The notes under the pieces are model-generated. The model searched no databases and was not told where the DNA came from. It saw only the letters and a program-made list of their open reading frames with translations. The translations under genes and the position numbers were made by a program. A stretch of DNA of 37,300 bases from Patescibacteria group bacterium. GTDB taxonomy: Bacteria > Patescibacteriota > Minisyncoccia > Phycocordibacterales > WO2-35-19. How positions within the stretch are numbered: position 1 is the first letter of the stretch; each line of letters begins with the position of its first letter. Shown piece after piece: positions 30,901 to 37,300 of the stretch. The stretch is from contig JBBUBJ010000006.1 of assembly GCA_038058285.1 (NCBI GenBank), positions 8,683 to 45,982 on the forward strand, in the 5' to 3' direction.

Positions 30901-30971
30901 TGGACCTAGCCAGGATCGGACTGGCGACTTGGCATTGCAAATGCCACGTAATACCACTTTACTATAGGCCC
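30901..30971 (-). tRNA. tRNA-Ala (anticodon UGC)
   Basis: A 71-nt cloverleaf folded by hand. Acceptor GGGCCTA/TAGGTCC with a G3:U70 pair, anticodon loop TTTGCAA, T arm GCCAG-TCCGATC-CTGGC, discriminator A. CCA is not encoded. Confidence 0.8.
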
Positions 30972-31058
30972 GTTACGCAAAAAAGCGTCAGATGGATTGT
31001 AGCAAAATTATAATGATTTAACCATTAGTGTTTTCTAATCCTAGAATGATACTGAGGT

Positions 31059-31646
31059 CTATTGCGCTAACGCAGCCGCCACATTTACCAATCCATATCC
31101 ATATTGGTTGTCGCGACTAGCAGTTCCCAACTCTTGGGCAGTGGAGTTCATTATTGCTCTTACTTCGTCATTAATGCGTCTGTTGAGGTTAGTATCTCTA
31201 ACCCCCGTTGCTATAACAAGTGCCGCAACACCTGCGACATGAGGCGAGGCCATTGAAGTGCCGGAACCGTATTTGTAGCAACCGCCATCCGAGCGATTGC
31301 ATTTCGGTTGTGGAGTAGAGTAACTGGTATTATCGTTCCATGTTGAATATACAGACACCCCTGGTGCTACCAGTTCCACCTTGGGACCGGTGCTTGAGAA
31401 GCTTGCGCGTTTATTGGTAGAATCAATGGCGCCAACGGCAATCACTGAATCAAATTTTGCCGGATAAATAACATTGTCTCCCGTGCCTGCGCCGATGCGC
31501 TTCACACCCCATGAATTATCAAGTTCAGCATCAGTGGCATATACAGTATCATCAAGGTCAATAGAGGCAACATGCGGATTGCGAGACAATCCCTCAATAG
31601 CTTTAGCTGGTATCGTAGCGGCGATAGCGTCCACAATTTTTTTCAT
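31059..31646 (-). pseudogene. Subtilisin-like (S8) protease remnant lacking the Asp/His part of the catalytic core
   Basis: It keeps the end of an I9-type propeptide (AIEGLSRNPHVASIDLDDTVYA), WGVKRIGA, the VIAVGA..D....RASFSS.GP..E..APG block and GTSMASPHVAG. The D-T-G and H-G-T-H regions between them are absent. There is no signal peptide and no SD. Confidence 0.6.
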
Positions 31647-31664
31647 AGAATTAATCTTTATTAT

Positions 31665-32372
31665 TTAATAATTATCTGCCACAAATCTCTTACCTTTAAA
31701 AAGTAGCCACAACGCGCCCACTAAAATTACCAGTTCGGACCAAAAGTCCCATTGGAACCACCATTGGCTAAGCAGTTCTATTCTGGTAAATCTGGAATAA
31801 TATCCCCCGGTCGGGTCTATGTTAAAGAATAAAAACGAGAAATGTCCAAGCATTAAAAACGCCGTAAATATTACTCCGCCGATTAGTATAAGCTTATAGC
31901 TTCTTGATATTTGCGGGGCTGACTTTGTCAGAAACAAGATGCCAAACAACAAAGCTAAAACTGTTGTATCCGTACTGTGAACATTAAGAAAGTCCCATAA
32001 AAGTTGTGGCCAAACATGAATGTTGCCGGTTCCAAGAGGAAGTTCAAAACTCTTCATTCCAAAAACAGAATATCCGTCTTTGTATGGTAGCCAAATCTCC
32101 TGAACAACAATCATTGTTATTATAATCAGAAAAAGAAAAGCTCCCGCTAAAATCCATTTCCAATTCGTGTCTCTTTTCAAATTCAAGCTTGGCCTGAATA
32201 TTTCGTATGCCAAGCCGGCAAGAATAACAAGAAAGCCAATCCACGGAGGACCGTAACTTATTGACGGAACATCTCCCAAATTTATTTTCGTCCATGTAGG
32301 CATCCAAAGTAATAGCAATAAAACTATCACAAAGAAAATAAACGCAAAAATACGATTTGAAGCATTGCTCAT
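31665..32372 (-). CDS. Multi-pass membrane protein (6-7 helices)
   Basis: 235-aa ORF dominated by hydrophobic helices and rich in Trp/Phe. Confidence 0.7.
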   Translation of the reverse strand: MSNASNRIFAFIFFVIVLLLLLWMPTWTKINLGDVPSISYGPPWIGFLVILAGLAYEIFRPSLNLKRDTNWKWILAGAFLFLIIITMIVVQEIWLPYKDGYSVFGMKSFELPLGTGNIHVWPQLLWDFLNVHSTDTTVLALLFGILFLTKSAPQISRSYKLILIGGVIFTAFLMLGHFSFLFFNIDPTGGYYSRFTRIELLSQWWFQWDFWSELVILVGALWLLFKGKRFVADNY

Positions 32373-32504
32373 ATTTTTTAATTATATCAAAATTTGATAT
32401 ACTATGTCCACCAAATTTGATTTATAGACGAAGGTTGATTTTCTTTTTATTTTGCAGTACTGTAATCTTAGATTCAAAAAATCCTTAATCAATGGAGGTG
32501 CGCA

Positions 32505-32861
32505 ATGAGATGTATTAAAGGGCTACGCGACATTAATACCCACGGCACGCTTGCCAGAGAAGGGCGATTGGTGGGTGTCGCAAGAGATTTGCATCGAATC
32601 GAAAGAAGAAGCGGATTTTCGGGAAATGAGTCCTGGAATGGGAGTGTTGATAACATGGTGTTTAAGAAAAGCGCAAAGACGCAAAGACTCCCCCATGATT
32701 TATTCCAAGAACTCGTCTTAAAGAAGAAGATTCAAAACGCGCTAGTTCAACAAATTCAAGAGTCCATTGCCGAAATGGAAATGTTTGCGGGCGAAGGAGT
32801 AGCCGGGGCTCTTGCCGAGCTTCAACGTCTCGGAACGAAACTCTCACGATTAGTAAAGTGA
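32505..32861 (+). CDS. Hypothetical protein with helical/coiled-coil C-terminus (orphan)
   Basis: GGAGGTG (32494-32500) lies before the ATG and a perfect 14-bp terminator stem follows. Looks G+C-rich by eye. Confidence 0.5.
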   Translation: MRCIKGLRDINTHGTLAREGRLVGVARDLHRIERRSGFSGNESWNGSVDNMVFKKSAKTQRLPHDLFQELVLKKKIQNALVQQIQESIAEMEMFAGEGVAGALAELQRLGTKLSRLVK

Positions 32862-32883
32862 GGGTATGCGAGGGTGCGATATC

Positions 32884-32920
32884 ATCCGCATGGACAAGTT
32901 TGTCCATGCGGATTTATTTG
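32884..32920 (+). terminator. Rho-independent terminator after 32505..32861
   Basis: ATCCGCATGGACAA (32884-32897) / TTGTCCATGCGGAT (32900-32913), followed by TTATTTG. Confidence 0.7.
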
Positions 32921-32986
32921 ATATTTTAATGCGTGTATAGTAGTCTATTCAGCGGAGTATTTGACATCACAATGGAGGATAGATGA

Positions 32987-33589
32987 GTGCGGATACTGTA
33001 TTATGTACCGATCATCCATACGTCTGAAGAGTATGGTGTTTTGAGTTCGGCAATAAGACAGGCATTCATATGCCGTCTTGGCGAGAAAGTATTTGAGAAG
33101 TTTCAAGAGGAAATTTGTGCATACTGGCGGCTTGTTGAAGCGCGGATCAAAAAAACAGTGCACGATTTTGATGGGCTCATAATCTATCAGGATAGTTTCC
33201 CGGTTGGTTCGCGAGAGAAGGTTTTGGAGTTTTTTGGCCACCTGTTTCGAGATCATCCTCAAAAAAGCCCCAATTTCAATCTGGTGAAAAAATTGTTGGA
33301 CAAAGGAGCGATTCTCGAAGGCACAGAGGATATGAATCTCGTCTTGGAGCAAATGAAGGTCTATCAACTTGTCTCCGAGGCCTCCTCGCCGTTAGAACAA
33401 AATAGAATTCTAGCAGAAAACGCAACACATGCAAGGGAAGTTATGCGAAAACGCGACGTGTTTATTGCCCAGAGAATATGTGTCACTCTTCCTGGGGATG
33501 GACGAGGAATTCTGTTCATCGGAAGAGATCATGATGTCACAGGTGAGCTCGCGAAACTTCCAGAAAAAATTCGCATCATTTCCCTTTAA
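32987..33589 (+). CDS. Hypothetical protein, possibly Tiki/TraB/PrgY/GumN-superfamily-like (orphan)
   Basis: GTG start with GGAGGA 7 nt upstream, and a terminator follows. The ordered motifs YVPIIHT ... EGTED ... RKRDVFIAQRI ... LFIGRDHDV resemble the GT.H / E / R.R...M / GAGH signature of that superfamily. This is from memory only. Confidence 0.5.
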   Translation: MRILYYVPIIHTSEEYGVLSSAIRQAFICRLGEKVFEKFQEEICAYWRLVEARIKKTVHDFDGLIIYQDSFPVGSREKVLEFFGHLFRDHPQKSPNFNLVKKLLDKGAILEGTEDMNLVLEQMKVYQLVSEASSPLEQNRILAENATHAREVMRKRDVFIAQRICVTLPGDGRGILFIGRDHDVTGELAKLPEKIRIISL

Positions 33590-33596
33590 GATAAAA

Positions 33597-33628
33597 GCCC
33601 TGCAACAAGAAAGCAGGGCCTCTTTTTT
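33597..33628 (+). terminator. Rho-independent terminator after 32987..33589
   Basis: GCCCTGC (33597-33603) / GCAGGGC (33613-33619), followed by CTCTTTTTT. Confidence 0.65.
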
Positions 33629-33659
33629 ATTTCAATATTTTCTATTCTTTATCTCATAG

Positions 33660-33688
33660 TTGACAAATACTTAATCGCGTATTAATTT
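33660..33688 (+). promoter_or_regulatory. Sigma70-like promoter TTGACA-N17-TAATTT
   Basis: Consensus -35 at 33660-33665 and -10 at 33683-33688. GGAGA and TTG 33708 lie downstream. Confidence 0.45.
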
Positions 33689-33707
33689 AATATCGGAGAT
33701 TAAAACA

Positions 33708-34145
33708 TTGGCACAAGATGACAGACCATATGACCCACTAGAAATCTCTTATCGGGAGAACGAAAGCTGGCGCGACCGCATACAGCGTATCACCAACAAC
33801 TTGTTTTTAGATTTCATGGTGAATAAAGATGGCGATACGTACTTTATCGCGCTTATCAAAATGGCTTGGGGAATCGACGCGGTGAACGAACCTTATAGCA
33901 AACATTGCCCGAATTCTACCACCGCCAGTACTAAGAGAATGGGTCAGAGTGAACGCGAGTTCTTTAATGAAGTCAAGCAAATCGCAGAAGAAGTCGGAGG
34001 TTCTCTTGGAGAAGTACAAAATGCGGTTCGTGAATGGCGGACAAAACGCACCGAAGAAGCTGCTAAGATATGTTGCGAGTTACTTGTTCAGATTTACGCT
34101 TGTCTTCGGGAGAAAGGCTATTCAATAGCCGACCTTCGAAGATAA
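33708..34145 (+). CDS. Hypothetical helical protein (orphan)
   Basis: TTG start with GGAGA 8 nt upstream. Its own promoter and terminator bracket it. Looks G+C-rich by eye. Confidence 0.5.
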   Translation: MAQDDRPYDPLEISYRENESWRDRIQRITNNLFLDFMVNKDGDTYFIALIKMAWGIDAVNEPYSKHCPNSTTASTKRMGQSEREFFNEVKQIAEEVGGSLGEVQNAVREWRTKRTEEAAKICCELLVQIYACLREKGYSIADLRR

Positions 34146-34153
34146 GAGCAGTC

Positions 34154-34190
34154 CAGCCCACCTGAAACATGGTGGGCTGAATTATTTTAC
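34154..34190 (+). terminator. Rho-independent terminator after 33708..34145
   Basis: CAGCCCACC (34154-34162) / GGTGGGCTG (34171-34179), followed by AATTATTTT. Confidence 0.6.
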
Positions 34191-34230
34191 AAAAAACAAA
34201 TCCCGTTCCGATGGTCGTTGGAACGGGATT
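34190..34230 (-). terminator. Rho-independent terminator of the 34229..34348 micro-ORF
   Basis: AATCCCGTTCC...GGAACGGGATT stem (34199-34230), followed on the minus strand by TGTTTTTT. The hairpin resembles the one at 37098-37124. Confidence 0.6.
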
Positions 34231-34348
34231 AATTGCAGTAAAAACAATAAAACATTCTTTTTCCACCTATTTCCACTTCCTGGACTTCATCCTTTAGAGT
34301 TCTGATTATCCTGCGAGAATCTGGTCTCATGCGAAAAAGCTGGGGCAT
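34229..34348 (-). CDS. Candidate 39-aa small protein (below the ORF-track size cutoff)
   Basis: ATG 34348 is preceded by GAGGAGG at 8 nt. Translation: MPQLFRMRPDSRRIIRTLKDEVQEVEIGGKRMFYCFYCN. The stop lies inside a terminator hairpin. Divergent from hisS. Confidence 0.45.
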   Translation of the reverse strand: MPQLFRMRPDSRRIIRTLKDEVQEVEIGGKRMFYCFYCN

Positions 34349-34422
34349 AATATCTTCCTCCTCTTTATATAAAATAGCTCTTATTGTAAAAATAAGCAAG
34401 TTTGTTTATAATATAAAACAAG

Positions 34423-35721
34423 ATGTTTGGCATTGGCGACAAAAAAATATCCACCGAAAGCTACAAGGGAGTGCGGGATTTTTATCCAGCCGACCAGGCG
34501 GTACAAGACTATATATTTGGAGTGATGAGCAAAGTAGCGCGCTCTTGGGGTTATGATGAATATAGCGCTTCTGTTTTGGAACCGCTGGAGCTTTATAAAT
34601 CAAAGACCAGCGAGGAAATTGTTAACGAGCAAATTTATTCTTTTGAAGATCGTGGCGGTCGCGAAGTGGCTTTGAGACCGGAGATGACGCCGACGGTAGC
34701 CAGAATGATTGCCGCTAAAATTCAAGAACTCCCTTCCCCTATCCGATGGTATTCAATTCCAAATGTTTTTAGATATGAGAAACCTCAGCGGGGCAGATTG
34801 CGTGAACACTGGCAGTTGAATGTTGATATGTTTGGGGTGGCTAATCCGTTTGCCGATGCCGAAGTTATTTCACTGGCTTCAGACATAATGAAAAAATTTG
34901 GAGCTGATAATAAAGATTTTCAAATTAGAATAAATAGCCGAAGTCTTTTGGATGATGTTTTAGAAAAAATAAATATAGACAAAGACCAAAAACAATTTGT
35001 TTATAGGCTGATAGATAAAAAAGAAAAAATGTCTGATGATAAATTCAGAGATTCTCTGACAGCTTTAATACAAAAAGAAAAAGCCGAAGATCTTATAAGA
35101 ACACTTTATTTGGGCGAGGGTTTGCTTGTTGAAATGAATGAAAGCCTGGCGGCCAAATATCTAAACCAAGTTGTTGAAATATTAAGAAACCGGGGTGTTA
35201 ATAATTTGATTTTTGAACCATCCCTGACTCGTGGTTTTGATTATTATACAGGTGTGGTTTTTGAAGTCTTTGACACCAACAAAGAAAATCCACGCTCTCT
35301 TTTTGGCGGGGGTCGTTATGACGATTTGGTAGGCTCGTTTATCGGCCAATCAATTCCGGCTTTTGGTTTTGGTATGGGAGATGTGACCATTAAAGATTTT
35401 TTGGAGGTTCACAATTTGTTGCCCAAAATAGATTCCACAACCGATATTTATATTTGTGTAGCACCCGAAACAGATTTGGAAGAAATTTACAAAATAGCTG
35501 AAACTTTAAAAAGCAAAAATGTAAATGTGGCGGTTGATATTTCAGGCAAAAAATTATCCGATCAACTAAAATCTTTAGATAAAAGAAAAATTCCTTTTGT
35601 TATGACTATTGGTTCGCAAGAAATAAAAAGTCAAAAATTTGTAATAAGGAATACAAACACGAGAAAAGAAGAAAGCGGCAATTTAGATGAAATAATCTCT
35701 TTTATTCGCAGCAATTCGTAA
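34423..35721 (+). CDS. hisS: Histidine--tRNA ligase
   Basis: GVRDFYP, LRPEMT, FRYEKPQRGRLREHWQ (class II motif 2), GGGRYD (motif 3), and the C-terminal anticodon-binding domain. Confidence 0.9.
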   Translation: MFGIGDKKISTESYKGVRDFYPADQAVQDYIFGVMSKVARSWGYDEYSASVLEPLELYKSKTSEEIVNEQIYSFEDRGGREVALRPEMTPTVARMIAAKIQELPSPIRWYSIPNVFRYEKPQRGRLREHWQLNVDMFGVANPFADAEVISLASDIMKKFGADNKDFQIRINSRSLLDDVLEKINIDKDQKQFVYRLIDKKEKMSDDKFRDSLTALIQKEKAEDLIRTLYLGEGLLVEMNESLAAKYLNQVVEILRNRGVNNLIFEPSLTRGFDYYTGVVFEVFDTNKENPRSLFGGGRYDDLVGSFIGQSIPAFGFGMGDVTIKDFLEVHNLLPKIDSTTDIYICVAPETDLEEIYKIAETLKSKNVNVAVDISGKKLSDQLKSLDKRKIPFVMTIGSQEIKSQKFVIRNTNTRKEESGNLDEIISFIRSNS

Positions 35722-35738
35722 TAAATTCGTTACTTCGT

Positions 35739-36317
35739 ATGAAGAAAGTAGTTTTTGATATAGAAACAAGCAATATTTTTTCAGAAGTTGGAACCAATAA
35801 CCCGGCTGATTTGAGTATTTCAGTTGTTGGCGTTTATGAATATGAAAAAGATTTATATAGCTCGTTTTTAGTTGAAGAATTTAACAAACTTTGGTCTATT
35901 ATTGAAAATGCTGATGCTCTCATCACATTTAACGGCGAACATTTTGATATTCCTCTACTTAATAAATATTATTCAGGCGATCTTTTCAAAATTAAAAGTG
36001 TGGACCTTTTAAAAGAAATGCAAAAATCAGCTGGTCGAAGAATGAAATTAGACCAAATAGCCGAGGGCACTCTCGGTATAAATAAAAGTGGCGACGGTAT
36101 GGATGCGGTCAGGTGGTGGCGGGAGGGCGAAATAGAAAAAGTTAAAAAATATTGTTTGGATGATGTTCGCATTACAAAAGATTTATATGAATATGCTCTC
36201 AAAAACAACAAACTTTTTTTTAAAGAAGGACCAAACTTAAACGAAATAAAACTAGACACTTCTTCCTGGGAAACTTCCCCCACTTCCTCTGCTCTTAATT
36301 ACACTTTGCCTTTTTAA
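35739..36317 (+). CDS. DEDDy-type 3'-5' exonuclease (RNase H-like fold, PolB-exo-like)
   Basis: Exo I is VFDIET, Exo II is FNGEHFDIPLL, Exo III is YCLDDVRITKDLY. Confidence 0.75.
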   Translation: MKKVVFDIETSNIFSEVGTNNPADLSISVVGVYEYEKDLYSSFLVEEFNKLWSIIENADALITFNGEHFDIPLLNKYYSGDLFKIKSVDLLKEMQKSAGRRMKLDQIAEGTLGINKSGDGMDAVRWWREGEIEKVKKYCLDDVRITKDLYEYALKNNKLFFKEGPNLNEIKLDTSSWETSPTSSALNYTLPF

Positions 36318-36321
36318 AATT

Positions 36322-36372
36322 AATCAAACCAACAAAGATGACCTTTGTGGTTTGATTAGTGTGGTATAATTT
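36322..36372 (+). repeat. Family A hairpin + tail, left flank of transposase-like gene
   Basis: AATCAAACCAACAAAG-ATGAC-CTTTGTGGTTTGATT + AGTGTGGTATAATTTT. The stem carries a compensatory A-T pair where other copies have G-C. Confidence 0.8.
36362..36370 (+). promoter_or_regulatory. Extended -10 box TGGTATAAT formed by the repeat tail, 6 nt before ATG 36377
   Basis: TGGTATAAT-TTTGAT-ATG. No SD is possible. Confidence 0.5.
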
Positions 36373-36376
36373 TGAT

Positions 36377-37027
36377 ATGAAAAATAGGGATTATAAAAAT
36401 TTTGCTAAGGGAGAAATTTATCATGTTTATAATAGAGGGGTGAATAAAGCAGATATTTTTAAGACTCAGAAAGATTATGAGGTTTTTCTATCCCGTTTAA
36501 AAGAAAATTTATTTCCTGAATTTGTAGATAAAAAGAAATTATCTTGGTTGGAAAAACGCAGAAAATTACTTCCCCCAAACTCTTTTGATTTAATATGTTA
36601 TTGTCTTATGCCGAATCATTTTCATTTACTTATTCAACAAAAAACAGATTTACCCATAACCAAATTAATATCTAAAATATGTACAAGTTATGCAATATGT
36701 TTTAACAAAAAACATGGGAGAGTTGGGGCGGTTTTTCAGGACCAATTTAAGGCTGTATTAGTTGAAAACAATGAACAACTTTTATGGACATCTTATTATA
36801 TTCATAAAAACCCAACAGAAGCAGATATTGTAATAAATCTCAAAGATTATAAATGGGGCAGCTATTCGGAATATTTTGATAAGGAAAATAGTTTTAAATT
36901 ATGTAAAAAAGATATTATTACTAAACAGTTTAATTCCGAAAAGCAATATTTAAAGTATTTTGATGATAAAGAAAATGATGAAATGACTTCTTTGAGAGAT
37001 TTTTATTTTGATTTTAGCGAGGATTAA
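36377..37027 (+). CDS. IS200/IS605-family Y1 (HUH) transposase-like protein, RAYT-like (copy 2)
   Basis: GEIYHVYNRGVNK, HUH motif MPNHFHLL, YIHKNP with Tyr. I prefer the ATG at 36377 because the GTG at 36359 in the ORF track lies inside the repeat. Confidence 0.8.
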   Translation: MKNRDYKNFAKGEIYHVYNRGVNKADIFKTQKDYEVFLSRLKENLFPEFVDKKKLSWLEKRRKLLPPNSFDLICYCLMPNHFHLLIQQKTDLPITKLISKICTSYAICFNKKHGRVGAVFQDQFKAVLVENNEQLLWTSYYIHKNPTEADIVINLKDYKWGSYSEYFDKENSFKLCKKDIITKQFNSEKQYLKYFDDKENDEMTSLRDFYFDFSED

Positions 37028-37030
37028 CAA

Positions 37031-37078
37031 AACCAACAAGGATGACCCTTGTTGGTTGGCTAAGTGTGGTGTAATTTT
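37031..37078 (+). repeat. Family A hairpin + tail, right flank of transposase-like gene
   Basis: AACCAACAAGG-ATGAC-CCTTGTTGGTT + GGCTAAGTGTGGTGTAATTTT, starting 4 nt after the stop codon. Confidence 0.85.
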
Positions 37079-37087
37079 AATTTAAAC

Positions 37088-37124
37088 TAAAAAAGCAATC
37101 CCCGTTCCAAAACAGAACGGGGAT
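37088..37124 (-). terminator. Rho-independent terminator of the partial minus-strand gene
   Basis: ATCCCCGTTC (37098-37107) / GAACGGGGAT (37115-37124), followed on the minus strand by TGCTTTTTT. Confidence 0.55.
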
Positions 37125-37146
37125 AAAAAACTTCAGATCCTCAGAC

Positions 37147-37300
37147 TTATTTTTTGGGCTTGGGTTTAGGAGTGTCTACTTGCCAACAGTACTCTGAAGC
37201 AACTACTGCCGCTCCCCAAAGCAAATCTTTAACTTGGGGATCAATACTACAACTACTATTAAAAAGGTTTGAACCAAAAACTTTTTGCTCATACACATCT
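37147..37300 (-). CDS. 3' end of an unidentified gene (partial; continues beyond the window)
   Basis: The minus-strand frame is open from the window edge to the TAA at 37147-37149 (...CWQVDTPKPKPKK stop). A terminator lies downstream. Confidence 0.4.
   Translation of the reverse strand, partial: DVYEQKVFGSNLFNSSCSIDPQVKDLLWGAAVVASEYCWQVDTPKPKPKK

Larger units (their letters stand above)
36322..37078 (+). mobile_element. IS200/IS605-like unit: Y1 transposase-like gene bracketed by two direct family A modules
   Basis: Left module at 36322-36372 and right module at 37031-37078, both in the same orientation, with a single RAYT-like gene between them. Confidence 0.55.

Noticed and set aside
32945-33367. 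140-aa minus-strand ORF antisense to 32987..33589
   Set aside because: No SD or terminator. The plus-strand frame is longer, has GGAGGA plus a GTG start, and has a downstream terminator.
34063-34266. 67-aa minus-strand ORF
   Set aside because: It reads through two terminator hairpins (34154-34179 and 34199-34230) and overlaps the 3' end of 33708..34145.
1-37300. Diversity-generating retroelement, retron or prophage
   Set aside because: I saw no reverse transcriptase, integrase, or phage structural or terminase-like ORF. I also saw no long template/variable repeat pair.

Overview
AT-rich, gene-dense window with about 46 protein genes and 2 tRNAs. I saw no rRNA and no CRISPR array. The housekeeping genes are alaS, mnmA, leuS, ychF, pgi, typA, dnaX, ddl and hisS. 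Several have reduced architectures: AlaRS lacks the C-Ala domain, YchF lacks its helical insert, and DnaX is short. Together with a sigma-r4/HARE-HTH protein, this suggests a Patescibacteria/CPR-like genome (inference only). Three things stand out.

(1) Short structured repeats. There are at least seven families.
- A: AACCAACAAGGATGACCCTTGTTGGTT plus a GTGTGGTGTAATTTT tail.
- B: GTGTCAAGGGTNCCCCTTGGC plus the same tail.
- C: variable stem around an AGCTTTAGCGA loop.
- D: CCCTTCCCCTT-type hairpin plus a GGGTTGGGGGTGAG tail.
- E: ATTTCGG/ATTTCGA tandem units.
- F: CCCGACAT-NNN-ATGTAGGG.
- G: long hairpins with a TGCCCCA loop end.
Many copies lie in-frame inside essential genes: five in leuS, four in mnmA, one in typA and probably one in alaS. 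Some copies supply the C-terminal tail or overlap the stop codon of a gene.

(2) Two IS200/IS605-type Y1 transposase-like (RAYT-like) genes. Each has its own cognate hairpin family (F and A) and an extended -10 box 6 nt before the ATG, which suggests a leaderless transcript.

(3) Scattered orphan genes that look G+C-richer by eye. They carry strong GGAGG Shine-Dalgarno sites and their own stem-loop/T-run terminators. The AT-rich host genes mostly lack SD sites and are often apparently leaderless.

Other content:
- a hicB-hicA pair with an overlapping kinase-like gene;
- an ATP-cone/Mrr-like nuclease plus a Cas4-like PD-(D/E)XK nuclease coupled to mnmA;
- a gutted subtilase remnant;
- a tRNA-Gln-adjacent accessory stretch.

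All calls come from reading the sequence and the ORF track. No database search was run.
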